Positions 21,250 through 29,316 of a stretch of 64,000 nt of DNA are shown here, piece after piece. Location: positions 5,660 through 69,659 of the forward strand of contig JBHJGX010000017.1 of the NCBI GenBank assembly GCA_050331395.1, given 5' to 3'. Positions within the stretch are counted from its first letter, which is position 1. Every line of letters begins with the position of its first letter. A program made the position numbers and the translations under genes. The notes under the pieces were generated by a model, which was not told the DNA's origin, searched no databases, and worked only from the letters and a program-made list of their open reading frames with translations. This DNA is from Paracoccaceae bacterium. Lineage in GTDB: Bacteria > Pseudomonadota > Alphaproteobacteria > Rhodobacterales > Rhodobacteraceae.

Positions 21250-23031
21250 TCAGTCCGGTGAAACCCACCACGTCTCGGGCCGGAACCCGTAGAGCGCATC
21301 CCGCGCAGGCTTAGCCACCCGGTCAGTCGCCGCGACCCGGTCCTCGGTCAGATGCCCGAACGGCACCACATAAATCCCCGATGACAGCACCCGGTCGAGC
21401 GCCCGCACCGCTGCCCGGTAAGGGTCGATCCCCTCGGCGGCCAAGATGGCCCGGATCATCGCGTCGATCGCCGGGTGGTCGGCGCCCATATAGTTCCGCG
21501 TGCCCTCGGCCGAGACGCCCCGACTGCCGAAATAGAGCCACTGCTCGGTGCCGGGGCTGAGCGACAGCGACCAGCGGTTGACCGTGATGTCGAAATCATA
21601 GCCTCGCCGCCGCTCGGCGAACTGCGCCGCATCGACCCGGCGCACCGAGAGCGCAACCCCGATCCGAGCGAGCGACCGGGCCCAGAGGCTGGCCAGCGTC
21701 TCGTGTTCGTCCGACTGCACGACGACCTCGAGCGCAAGAACCTGCCCCGCCGCATCGCGCCGTTCCGCGCCCTCGACCCGCCAGCCCGCCGCATCGAGGA
21801 GCCGCCCGGCCCGCCGGAGCGCCCGCCGCCCGCCCGCCGCCGGATCGGGTCGCCAACCGGTCTCCAGCGTCCCCTCGGGCAAGGTCTCGGCGAACGGCAT
21901 GAGGAGTGCGCGCTCGCGCCCGTCGGCCGGACCCTCGAACGCCAGAACCGAGCCGTCCCAATAGCTCTGCGTCCGCGCATAGGCCCCCCGATAGATCCGC
22001 GCGTTCGCCCATTCCCAGTCGAAGGCCAGCGCCAGGGCCTCGCGCACCCGACGGTCGTCGAGGGGCGGACGGCGCGTATTGAAGACGAAACCCTCCATGC
22101 CCGACGGTCGGTCATGCGGGATCGCCACTTGCCGGAGCCGCCCCGCCGCGACCGCGGGCAACGGGGCATAGCCCTCGGCCCAGCGCACCGGATCGCCCTC
22201 GGCAAAAAGCGAAACCGCACCGGTCGCCACCGCCGACCAGACCGCATCGCCGTTCAGAAAATAGTCGAAACGGAGCTCGTCGGCGTTGTGAACCCCGCGG
22301 TAAACCGGCAGATCCCGCGCCCACCAGTCCTGATCGGCGCGCAGGGTGAGCGACCGCCCGGGCTCGTATGCGGCGACCCGGTAGGGCCCCGAGCCGATCG
22401 GCGCCTCGAGCGGGTTCTCGCCGAAGGCCCGACCCGCCCACTGGCCGGCCTTGAGAACCGGCCGCAGCCCCATGATGAGCGGCAGCTCGCGGTTCGCCTC
22501 GGAGAACCGGATGGTCAACTCCCCCGCTCCCGTCTCCTCCATCGAGGCGATCGCCTCCCACCCCGCCCGGTACCGCGGATGCCCCTCGCGTCCGAGCGTC
22601 TCGAAGGACCAGATCACATCGGCGACGGTGACGGGGCTTCCGTCGGAGAAGCGCGCCCGCGGATCGAGGGTAAAGCGCACCCAGCTGCGGTCTGCCGGCA
22701 CCTCGACCCGCTCGGCCAGTCCCGCGTAAAGCGTGAAGGGTTCGTCCCAGGAGCGCACGAGGAGGCTCTCGACGGTGAAAACCCGAAGCGGCCAGGGTGC
22801 CCGTCCGCGGAGCAGAAAGCCGTTCAGGCTGTCGAACCCGCCGGTCTCGGCAAAGCTGAGGCGGCCGCCTCGCGGCGCGTGCGGATTGGCGTAAGGCAGA
22901 TGCGCGAACCCCTCGCCAAGCGCCGGGGGGCCATGCATGGCAAGCCCATGGGTCGCGCGTGGGGCGGCGTCCGGTGCGGTTTTGGCCGAGACACCAACCA
23001 AGGCAAAGCCAAGGGCAATGGCAAAACACAT
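21250..23031 (-). CDS. Orphan ABC transporter substrate-binding protein, family 5 (YejA-like)
   Basis: HGLAMHGPP, YANPHAPRGG, FDSLN, PIGSGPY, FNTRRPPLDDRRVREAL and SPGTEQ; start position uncertain. Confidence 0.88.
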   Translation of the reverse strand: MCFAIALGFALVGVSAKTAPDAAPRATHGLAMHGPPALGEGFAHLPYANPHAPRGGRLSFAETGGFDSLNGFLLRGRAPWPLRVFTVESLLVRSWDEPFTLYAGLAERVEVPADRSWVRFTLDPRARFSDGSPVTVADVIWSFETLGREGHPRYRAGWEAIASMEETGAGELTIRFSEANRELPLIMGLRPVLKAGQWAGRAFGENPLEAPIGSGPYRVAAYEPGRSLTLRADQDWWARDLPVYRGVHNADELRFDYFLNGDAVWSAVATGAVSLFAEGDPVRWAEGYAPLPAVAAGRLRQVAIPHDRPSGMEGFVFNTRRPPLDDRRVREALALAFDWEWANARIYRGAYARTQSYWDGSVLAFEGPADGRERALLMPFAETLPEGTLETGWRPDPAAGGRRALRRAGRLLDAAGWRVEGAERRDAAGQVLALEVVVQSDEHETLASLWARSLARIGVALSVRRVDAAQFAERRRGYDFDITVNRWSLSLSPGTEQWLYFGSRGVSAEGTRNYMGADHPAIDAMIRAILAAEGIDPYRAAVRALDRVLSSGIYVVPFGHLTEDRVAATDRVAKPARDALYGFRPETWWVSPD

Positions 23032-23095
23032 AACGATCCGAACGCGGTACGCCCATGAGCTTACGCCGTTCCTTATGCTCTGGTGGAAAATTGGC

Positions 23096-23124
23096 TTGCC
23101 GGACCGGGGTTGATTGCGTACATT
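23096..23124 (+). promoter_or_regulatory. Sigma70-type promoter
   Basis: TTGCCG-N17-TACATT in an AT-enriched intergenic stretch. Confidence 0.6.
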
Positions 23125-23130
23125 GGAATC

Positions 23131-23207
23131 ACTGCTCGATAGGTTTCTTGCCTGTATGAAACCTGCCTCAATATTGTATGCGCCTCCTTCGGGAGGCGCT
23201 TTTTTTT
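23131..23207 (+). ncRNA. Putative ~77-nt small RNA
   Basis: Lies between the promoter above and a strong intrinsic terminator; internal hairpin AGGTTTC/GAAACCT (23141-23164); no credible ORF. Confidence 0.55.
23180..23207 (+). terminator. Rho-independent terminator
   Basis: GCGCCTCC-TTCG-GGAGGCGC followed by T8. Confidence 0.9.
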
Positions 23208-23329
23208 GGGCACTCTGCCGGTCTTCCCACTTCATTCAGGCCCCCTGTCTCGCTTAGGCTCCGGTCGGGGCGCCACACGCGCCCGGCCTTCGCTCCGCCC
23301 GACACCACCACACCACAGGGGAAATTCCT

Positions 23330-24115
23330 ATGTCGATCGCAGGAAAGATCGCCGTGATCACCGGCTCGAATTCGGGCATCGGGCTCGGCGTTGCCGAGGA
23401 ACTCGCGAAACGCGGCGCAAAGATCGCCCTCAACTCGTTCAGCGATCGCGCCGAGGACCATGCCATCGCCGAGCGCATGGCCAGCGAGACCGGCGCCGAA
23501 GTCAAATACGTCCAGGCCGACATGTCGAAGCCCGAACAGTGCCGCGCGCTGGTGGCCAAGACCGTGGAACTTTTCGGCGGGATCGACATTCTGGTGAACA
23601 ATGCGGGCATTCAGCACGTCGCCAAGATCGAGGAATTTCCGGCCGAGAAATGGGACGCGATACTCGCGATCAATCTGTCCTCGGCCTTCCACACCACGGC
23701 GGCAGCGCTGCCGGAGATGCGCAAACGCGGCTGGGGTCGGGTAGTCAATATCGCGTCTGCGCACGGGCTGACGGCCTCGCCGTTCAAATCGGCCTATGTC
23801 GCCGCAAAACACGGGATCGTCGGGCTCTCAAAAGTGGTCGCGCTCGAGACCGCCGAGGAAGAGATAACCTGCAACGCTGTGTGCCCAGGCTATGTGCTTA
23901 CGCCACTGGTGGAGGAGCAGATCCCCGACACCATGGCGCAGTACAATATGAGCCGGGACGACGTGATCCGGAATGTCCTTTTGGAGCGCCAACCGTCCAA
24001 GGCCTTCGCGACCACCGCACAATTGGGGGGGACGGTGGCGTTTCTCTGCTCCGACGATGCCGCGCAAATCACCGGAACGACGATATCGGTGGATGGTGGC
24101 TGGACCGCGATCTGA
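23330..24115 (+). CDS. bdhA: D-3-hydroxybutyrate dehydrogenase
   Basis: TGSNSGIG, NNAGIQHV, ASPFKSAYVAAKHG, CPGYVLTPLV and LLERQPSK motifs. Confidence 0.93.
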   Translation: MSIAGKIAVITGSNSGIGLGVAEELAKRGAKIALNSFSDRAEDHAIAERMASETGAEVKYVQADMSKPEQCRALVAKTVELFGGIDILVNNAGIQHVAKIEEFPAEKWDAILAINLSSAFHTTAAALPEMRKRGWGRVVNIASAHGLTASPFKSAYVAAKHGIVGLSKVVALETAEEEITCNAVCPGYVLTPLVEEQIPDTMAQYNMSRDDVIRNVLLERQPSKAFATTAQLGGTVAFLCSDDAAQITGTTISVDGGWTAI

Positions 24116-24143
24116 AAACTGGCCTGGCCCAATGGCCGCCGGA

Positions 24144-24187
24144 GCCGCTCGGGTCGCCCGCATCAAGATGCGGTCGACCTGAGCGGC
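24144..24187. repeat. Long palindrome between convergent genes
   Basis: GCCGCTCGGGTCGCCCGCATC-AA-GATGCGGTCGACCTGAGCGGC, 21-bp arms with one mismatch and one G-T pair. Confidence 0.8.
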
Positions 24188-24248
24188 GCGCACTCAAGCG
24201 TCGGATTTTGGTGCAGCAGTCGCATCTTGGCCGAGCGCAGGCGGGGCC

Positions 24249-24740
24249 TCAGGCCTTCCAGAAAACGAAAATCGCCCAGAGGGCTGCAAGCCCGACCGCC
24301 CCCCAGAGGGGCGAACCTAAAATCCCGAGCCATGCCAGCAGGATATAGGCCGACCCTAGGAGCGAGATGAAGAGCCGGTCGCCCCGGGTCGTGTCCAAGC
24401 CCAGAAGGCCACGCCTCGGATTGCCGCCCGGCGAGACGATCTCGCGCCCGGTCATCAAGGCGAGGCACATGAGCACGAACAGGAAAAACGCGCCCGTCTC
24501 CGGCGTCCAGGCCATCCATGCGAGCGGCACGAGTTCGGGTCCGGTCGCCGGGGAGGCCGTCGCTGCGGCGCCCCAGCCGCCGGTGGCTGCCGCCGGTGCG
24601 GGCTCTTCGAGCAGCCCCCGCGCGATCAGCCAAGCCTCGACCGGCGCGCGCCACGGCTCGGGCGCAATGCACCAAGCCACCCCTGCCCCCGCGCCGAGGG
24701 CGACCAGATAGGCAAGCAGCGCGCCCAGAACCTTTCGCAT
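24249..24740 (-). CDS. DUF2160 small membrane protein (GlpU-like) with N-terminal extension
   Basis: AWMAWT and TTRGDRLFISLLGSAYILLAWLG motifs; last gene of the ABC operon. Confidence 0.85.
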   Translation of the reverse strand: MRKVLGALLAYLVALGAGAGVAWCIAPEPWRAPVEAWLIARGLLEEPAPAAATGGWGAAATASPATGPELVPLAWMAWTPETGAFFLFVLMCLALMTGREIVSPGGNPRRGLLGLDTTRGDRLFISLLGSAYILLAWLGILGSPLWGAVGLAALWAIFVFWKA

Positions 24741-24750
24741 CTTTGCCCCT

Positions 24751-25551
24751 TCACACCCGGCCGAGGGCGAAGCCCTTGGCGATGTAGTTGCGCACGAAAT
24801 AGATCACGAAAGCTCCCGGGATGATCGTTAGAACGCCGGCTGCCGCCAGAAGCCCGAGTTCGTAGCCCGCCGTCGAGGCCGTGCGGGTCATGGTGGCGGC
24901 GATCGGTTTGGCCTCGACCGAAGTGAGCGTCTTGGCGAGCAACAATTCGACCCAGGAGAACATGAAACAGAAGAACGCTGCGACGCCGACGCCCGACCGG
25001 ATCGTCGGCAGGAAGATCCGAAAGAAAAAGCGCGGAAACGAATACCCGTCGATATAGGCGGTCTCGTCGAGTTCGCGGGGGACGCCGCGCATGAAGCCTT
25101 CGAGGATCCAGACTGCGAGCGGAATATTAAAGAGGCAATGAGCAAGCGCGACGGCCACATGCGTGTCGAAGAGCCCGACCGCCGAGTAAAGCTGAAAGAA
25201 CGGCAGGGCGAAGACCGCGGGTGGCGCCATTCGATTGGTCAAGAGCCAAAAGAAGAGATGCTTGTCGCCAAGGAACCGATAACGCGAGAACGCATAGGCC
25301 GCCGGCAGCGCCACGCCCACGGACACCACTGTATTGATCGACACATAGATCAACGAGTTGATGTATCCCCAGTACCAGGTGGGGTCGCTAAAGATGACCG
25401 CATAATTCTCGAGGGTGAATTGCTGTGGGAATGGCGTGAACCCGCCGAGGATCTCGTTCGTGGTCTTGAAGGACATGGCGACGAGCCAGTAGATTGGCAC
25501 CATCAGAAACATGATATAAATGGTCAGCACAAGCCAGGCGACATACCTCAT
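24751..25551 (-). CDS. Carbohydrate ABC permease (GlpQ-like)
   Basis: LDETAYIDGYS EAA loop; FFWLLTNRMAPPAVF. Confidence 0.92.
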   Translation of the reverse strand: MRYVAWLVLTIYIMFLMVPIYWLVAMSFKTTNEILGGFTPFPQQFTLENYAVIFSDPTWYWGYINSLIYVSINTVVSVGVALPAAYAFSRYRFLGDKHLFFWLLTNRMAPPAVFALPFFQLYSAVGLFDTHVAVALAHCLFNIPLAVWILEGFMRGVPRELDETAYIDGYSFPRFFFRIFLPTIRSGVGVAAFFCFMFSWVELLLAKTLTSVEAKPIAATMTRTASTAGYELGLLAAAGVLTIIPGAFVIYFVRNYIAKGFALGRV

Positions 25552-26414
25552 GCGCGGTCACCCCGGGTCATCAGCGTATAGAATAGCCAGGAGACCAGAA
25601 GCGTCATCAAGAAGTAGATGAGACTCATCGCGGCTGCGGGCCCGAGGTCGAATTGTCCGAGGGCGATCTTGACCAGATCGATCGACAGGAAGGTCGTCGA
25701 ATTCCCCGGTCCGCCGCCGGTCAGCACCGAGACTTCGGTATAGATCATAAAGCTGTCCATGAAGCGCAGCAGGACCGCGATGGTCAGCACCTGGCTCATC
25801 TTCGGCAGTTCGATATGGCGGAAGATCGCGAGCCGGCTCGCCCCGTCGATGCGCGCGGCCTGATAATAGGCGTCCGGGATCGCCACCAGCCCCGCATAGG
25901 CCAAAAGCACCACCAGCGAGGTCCAGTGCCAGACATCCATCGCGACGATGGTCGCCCACGCGTCCCAGGGGTCTTGCGTAAAGTTGTAATCGATCCCCGC
26001 CCCGTTCAGCGTCGCACCCAAAAGCCCGATATCAGGCAGCGCGAGGATATTCCACATGGCCCCGACCACGTTCCACGGGATGAGGAGCGGCAGCGCCATC
26101 AGGACGAGACAGACGGGCACGAACGGCCCCGAGCGCGGCATGCAGAGCGCGATCGCCACCCCGAGGGGGATTTCGATGAGCAGGATGATCCCGGTAAAGA
26201 GCAGTTGCCGGCCGAGGGCCGCGTGAAAGCGCTCAGAATTCAGGATCTGCTCGTACCATTGCACGCCCGACCAGAGAAAGACGTTGTTCCCGAATGTCTC
26301 CTGCACCGAGTAATTGACGACGGTCATCAGCGGCACGAGCGCGTTGAAGGCCACAAGGATGAGCACCGGCAGGACCATCCACCAGGCGGCATTGTTCTGA
26401 ATACGGGCCGACAT
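25548..26414 (-). CDS. Carbohydrate ABC permease (GlpP-like)
   Basis: YYQAARIDGAS EAA loop; LLRFMDSF; VLTGGGPG. Confidence 0.92.
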   Translation of the reverse strand: MSARIQNNAAWWMVLPVLILVAFNALVPLMTVVNYSVQETFGNNVFLWSGVQWYEQILNSERFHAALGRQLLFTGIILLIEIPLGVAIALCMPRSGPFVPVCLVLMALPLLIPWNVVGAMWNILALPDIGLLGATLNGAGIDYNFTQDPWDAWATIVAMDVWHWTSLVVLLAYAGLVAIPDAYYQAARIDGASRLAIFRHIELPKMSQVLTIAVLLRFMDSFMIYTEVSVLTGGGPGNSTTFLSIDLVKIALGQFDLGPAAAMSLIYFLMTLLVSWLFYTLMTRGDRA

Positions 26415-27511
26415 CAGGCCTCCTCCCCGGCCAAGCGGCCATCGGCATAGAGATAGGTGCGCGCCGGGTCGAGGCGGACGCGCGGCTCGGCCGGGATCTC
26501 GGCATGTTCGGGCGCGAGAAGCGCGATCGGATGGCCGGCGAGGCGGAGCGTGACCACCCGAAAGCGCCCGGCATCGGCGATTTTGACGAGGGCGGCCGGA
26601 TGTCCCTCGGGATCGAGGCGGACGAATTCCGGACGCACGCCGATCTCGAGCCGGGCATTGCCAGCGCCGGGGCGCGCGTTCGCGGTCTCGACGGGGACGG
26701 CCTCGGCGCCGTCGGCGGGCGCAATCAAGGTGCGCCCGGTGGCGATCGACGCGGGCAGTAAATTCATCCCCGGCGAGCCGATGAAATGCCCGACAAAGGT
26801 GTGCATCGGCCGCTCGAAAAGCTCGATGGGCGTGCCGGTCTGGACGACTTCGCCGGCCGACATGACAACGACGCGGTCGGCGAAGGTGAGCGCCTCGGTC
26901 TGGTCATGGGTCACATAGATCATCGTCGCGCCAACTTTCTGGTGCAACTCCTTGAGCTTGGACCGGAGCTGCCATTTCAGATGCGGATCGATTACCGTGA
27001 GCGGCTCGTCGAAGAGGATCGCGGCGACGTCTTCGCGCACGAGGCCGCGGCCGAGGGAAATCTTCTGCTTCTCGTCGGCCGAGAGCCCGGCCGCGCGCGT
27101 GTCGAGCATCGGCGCGAGTTCGAGCATCTCGGCGATCTCGGCGACCCGGGCGGCGATCTTCGCCGCCGGCACCCGGCGGTTGCGGAGCGGGAAGGCCAGG
27201 TTCTCCGCCACGGTCATGGTGTCGTAGATCACCGGGAACTGGAAGACCTGGGCGATGTTCCGCCGGTCGGGGCCGCGGCGGGTGACATCGTCGCCGTCGA
27301 AGCGGATCCGCCCCTCAGTCGGGCGCAAGAGCCCCGAAATCAGGTTCAGGAGCGTGGTCTTTCCGCATCCCGACGGCCCGAGGAGCGCATAGGCGCCACC
27401 GTCCTGCCATTCGAGATCGAGCGATTGAAGCGCCCAATCGCCGGGGGCCCCGGTGCGCCGCGCGCGCGGCACATAGGAGTGGCGGAGGCCGTCAAGCGTG
27501 ATCGTGGCCAT
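26414..27511 (-). CDS. ABC transporter ATP-binding protein (GlpT-like)
   Basis: GPSGCGKTT, LFDEPL and YVTHDQ motifs. Confidence 0.93.
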   Translation of the reverse strand: MATITLDGLRHSYVPRARRTGAPGDWALQSLDLEWQDGGAYALLGPSGCGKTTLLNLISGLLRPTEGRIRFDGDDVTRRGPDRRNIAQVFQFPVIYDTMTVAENLAFPLRNRRVPAAKIAARVAEIAEMLELAPMLDTRAAGLSADEKQKISLGRGLVREDVAAILFDEPLTVIDPHLKWQLRSKLKELHQKVGATMIYVTHDQTEALTFADRVVVMSAGEVVQTGTPIELFERPMHTFVGHFIGSPGMNLLPASIATGRTLIAPADGAEAVPVETANARPGAGNARLEIGVRPEFVRLDPEGHPAALVKIADAGRFRVVTLRLAGHPIALLAPEHAEIPAEPRVRLDPARTYLYADGRLAGEEA

Positions 27512-28584
27512 CAGGCGCCCACCCGTCGGCCGTCAGCGTCGAAATAGAGGCATGCGCTGGGCTCGAGCCAGAAGGTCGCCGTCTCGCCGACTTCGGCCGG
27601 GTGGATGCCGTGGCTGAGGCTGACCCAGGTGGTGTCGGCCACCTCGAAATGCGCGACAGTCTCCGAGCCCGAGAGCTCGGTCACGAGAACCCGGCCGGTG
27701 ACAGCGACGGTGCCCTCGCGGGCGACCGGATGGACCGCATGGGGCCGAATGCCCACCGTGTAGGCCCCATCGGCGAGGCTCGAAATCCTGTCGGGCGCGG
27801 TCCATGTCACCGCCGCCCCGCCGGTCGGCAACCGGATCTCGCCGCCCCGTTTCTCGACCCCAGCCGCGTTCATCGGCGGCTCGGAGAAGACCCGCGCCGT
27901 CGTCAGATCGCGGGGATCGCGGTAAAGCGCACTCGTCGGGCCGAACCCGGTCACCCGCCCCTCGTGAAGCGTCGCCGTATGCCCGCCGAGCAACAGCGCC
28001 TCGGTCGGTTCGGTCGTCGCATAGACCACCACCGCGCCGCGGTCCGCGAAGAGACGCGGCAATTCCTCGCGCAGCTCTTCCCGCAGCTTGAAATCGAGGT
28101 TTGCGAGCGGCTCGTCGAGTAGGACGAGATCCGCGTCCTTGACGAGCGCGCGGGCGAGCGCCGTGCGCTGCTGCTGCCCGCCTGAGAGCTCGGACGGCCG
28201 GCGCTCGAGCATCGGGGTCAACCGCAAGAGCTCGGCGGTCTCGCGCACGCGTGCATCGAGGGCCGCGCGCGCCATGCCCGCCACGCGCAGCGGCGACGCG
28301 ATATTCTCATAGACCGACATCGACGGGTAATTGATGAATTGTTGGTGGACCATCGCGACCCGCCGGCGGCGCACGGAGACCCCGGTCACGTCACGCCCGT
28401 CGAAGCGCACGCGGCCTCCGGTCGGCCGCTCGAGCCCGGCCATCAGATGCATCAGCGTCGTCTTGCCCGCCCGGGTCACGCCGAGCAGGCAATTGAAGCC
28501 CCCGCGCTCGATCGTGAGATCGGTGGGGTGGATATGCGTCTCCGCCCCCACCTGCAGGCTCACTTGGCTGAGCTCGAGCGTCAT
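27511..28584 (-). CDS. ABC transporter ATP-binding protein (GlpS-like)
   Basis: GVTRAGKTT Walker A, LSGGQQQR signature and LLDEPLANLD. Confidence 0.93.
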   Translation of the reverse strand: MTLELSQVSLQVGAETHIHPTDLTIERGGFNCLLGVTRAGKTTLMHLMAGLERPTGGRVRFDGRDVTGVSVRRRRVAMVHQQFINYPSMSVYENIASPLRVAGMARAALDARVRETAELLRLTPMLERRPSELSGGQQQRTALARALVKDADLVLLDEPLANLDFKLREELREELPRLFADRGAVVVYATTEPTEALLLGGHTATLHEGRVTGFGPTSALYRDPRDLTTARVFSEPPMNAAGVEKRGGEIRLPTGGAAVTWTAPDRISSLADGAYTVGIRPHAVHPVAREGTVAVTGRVLVTELSGSETVAHFEVADTTWVSLSHGIHPAEVGETATFWLEPSACLYFDADGRRVGA

Positions 28585-28618
28585 CGTCTCCCTTCGACGG
28601 GGGCGCCTGCCCCGTCCC

Positions 28619-29179
28619 TCAGCGCGCCCGGACTTTGAACCAAAAGTCGAAAGCGCCCGAATTGTTGGCGTAGGCGTCCCGTTTGCCGCCGTCGTTCACG
28701 AGCACCTGGATCGGGTAGCCCGTGCGGAAGGTCATCAGGTTCGGCCGGTTGCGGTCCGTCGAGTTGATCGAATACGCGATCTTGGTGTCGGGCTGCCAGA
28801 CGACGATGGCATAGCGCGGCACGTCCGGGAACAGATACCCCTGCCCCGCCCGTTGGCCGGTGCCCTGCGGCGACTGGACGTTCGTATTGCCCGAAGACCA
28901 GCGAATATCGTCCACATAGACGACCATCTCCGCCGCCTGCACCGCCTGGCCGCCCCGAAGCACGAGCCTCGAATAGGCGTTCACCGCGGCGTTGTTGATC
29001 TTGTACCACGCGTCGGCGTTCTCGACCCCGCCCTCGGGGACTGCGGCGACGGTGGACTCAGGCAGGTCGAACCCGCCGGCAAGCTCGTTCACATTGACTT
29101 GCCCGGCAGCAGGAAGCGCGAGGCCGACGACAAGCGCAACCGCGGCGGCCGGACGGAGGAGAGCGGCAGAGATGGACAT
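28619..29179 (-). CDS. Secreted protein with probable LecA/PA-IL-like lectin domain
   Basis: Signal peptide ending AAG; SPQG, GQGYLFPD, AIVV and LVND..AYANNSGAF align with LecA GPQG, DQGLICHD, ALVM and IYND..TYGNNSGSF (LecA sequence from memory). Confidence 0.62.
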   Translation of the reverse strand: MSISAALLRPAAAVALVVGLALPAAGQVNVNELAGGFDLPESTVAAVPEGGVENADAWYKINNAAVNAYSRLVLRGGQAVQAAEMVVYVDDIRWSSGNTNVQSPQGTGQRAGQGYLFPDVPRYAIVVWQPDTKIAYSINSTDRNRPNLMTFRTGYPIQVLVNDGGKRDAYANNSGAFDFWFKVRAR

Positions 29180-29285
29180 GTGTAACCTTTCATGAGCGAA
29201 CAGCGCCGAGGATGCGATGGCAAGAACACAGCCAGTATGGCACAGCCAGCCGGTCTTCGGGGACGGTTTCGCTCGGCGGTCGGGA

Positions 29286-29307
29286 GGCGGGGCAGGCGCG
29301 CCCCGCC
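29286..29307 (-). other. GC-rich hairpin after the substrate-binding gene
   Basis: GGCGGGGC-N6-GCCCCGCC, typical position for an mRNA-stabilising stem in ABC operons. Confidence 0.5.
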
Positions 29308-29316
29308 CGGTCGACC

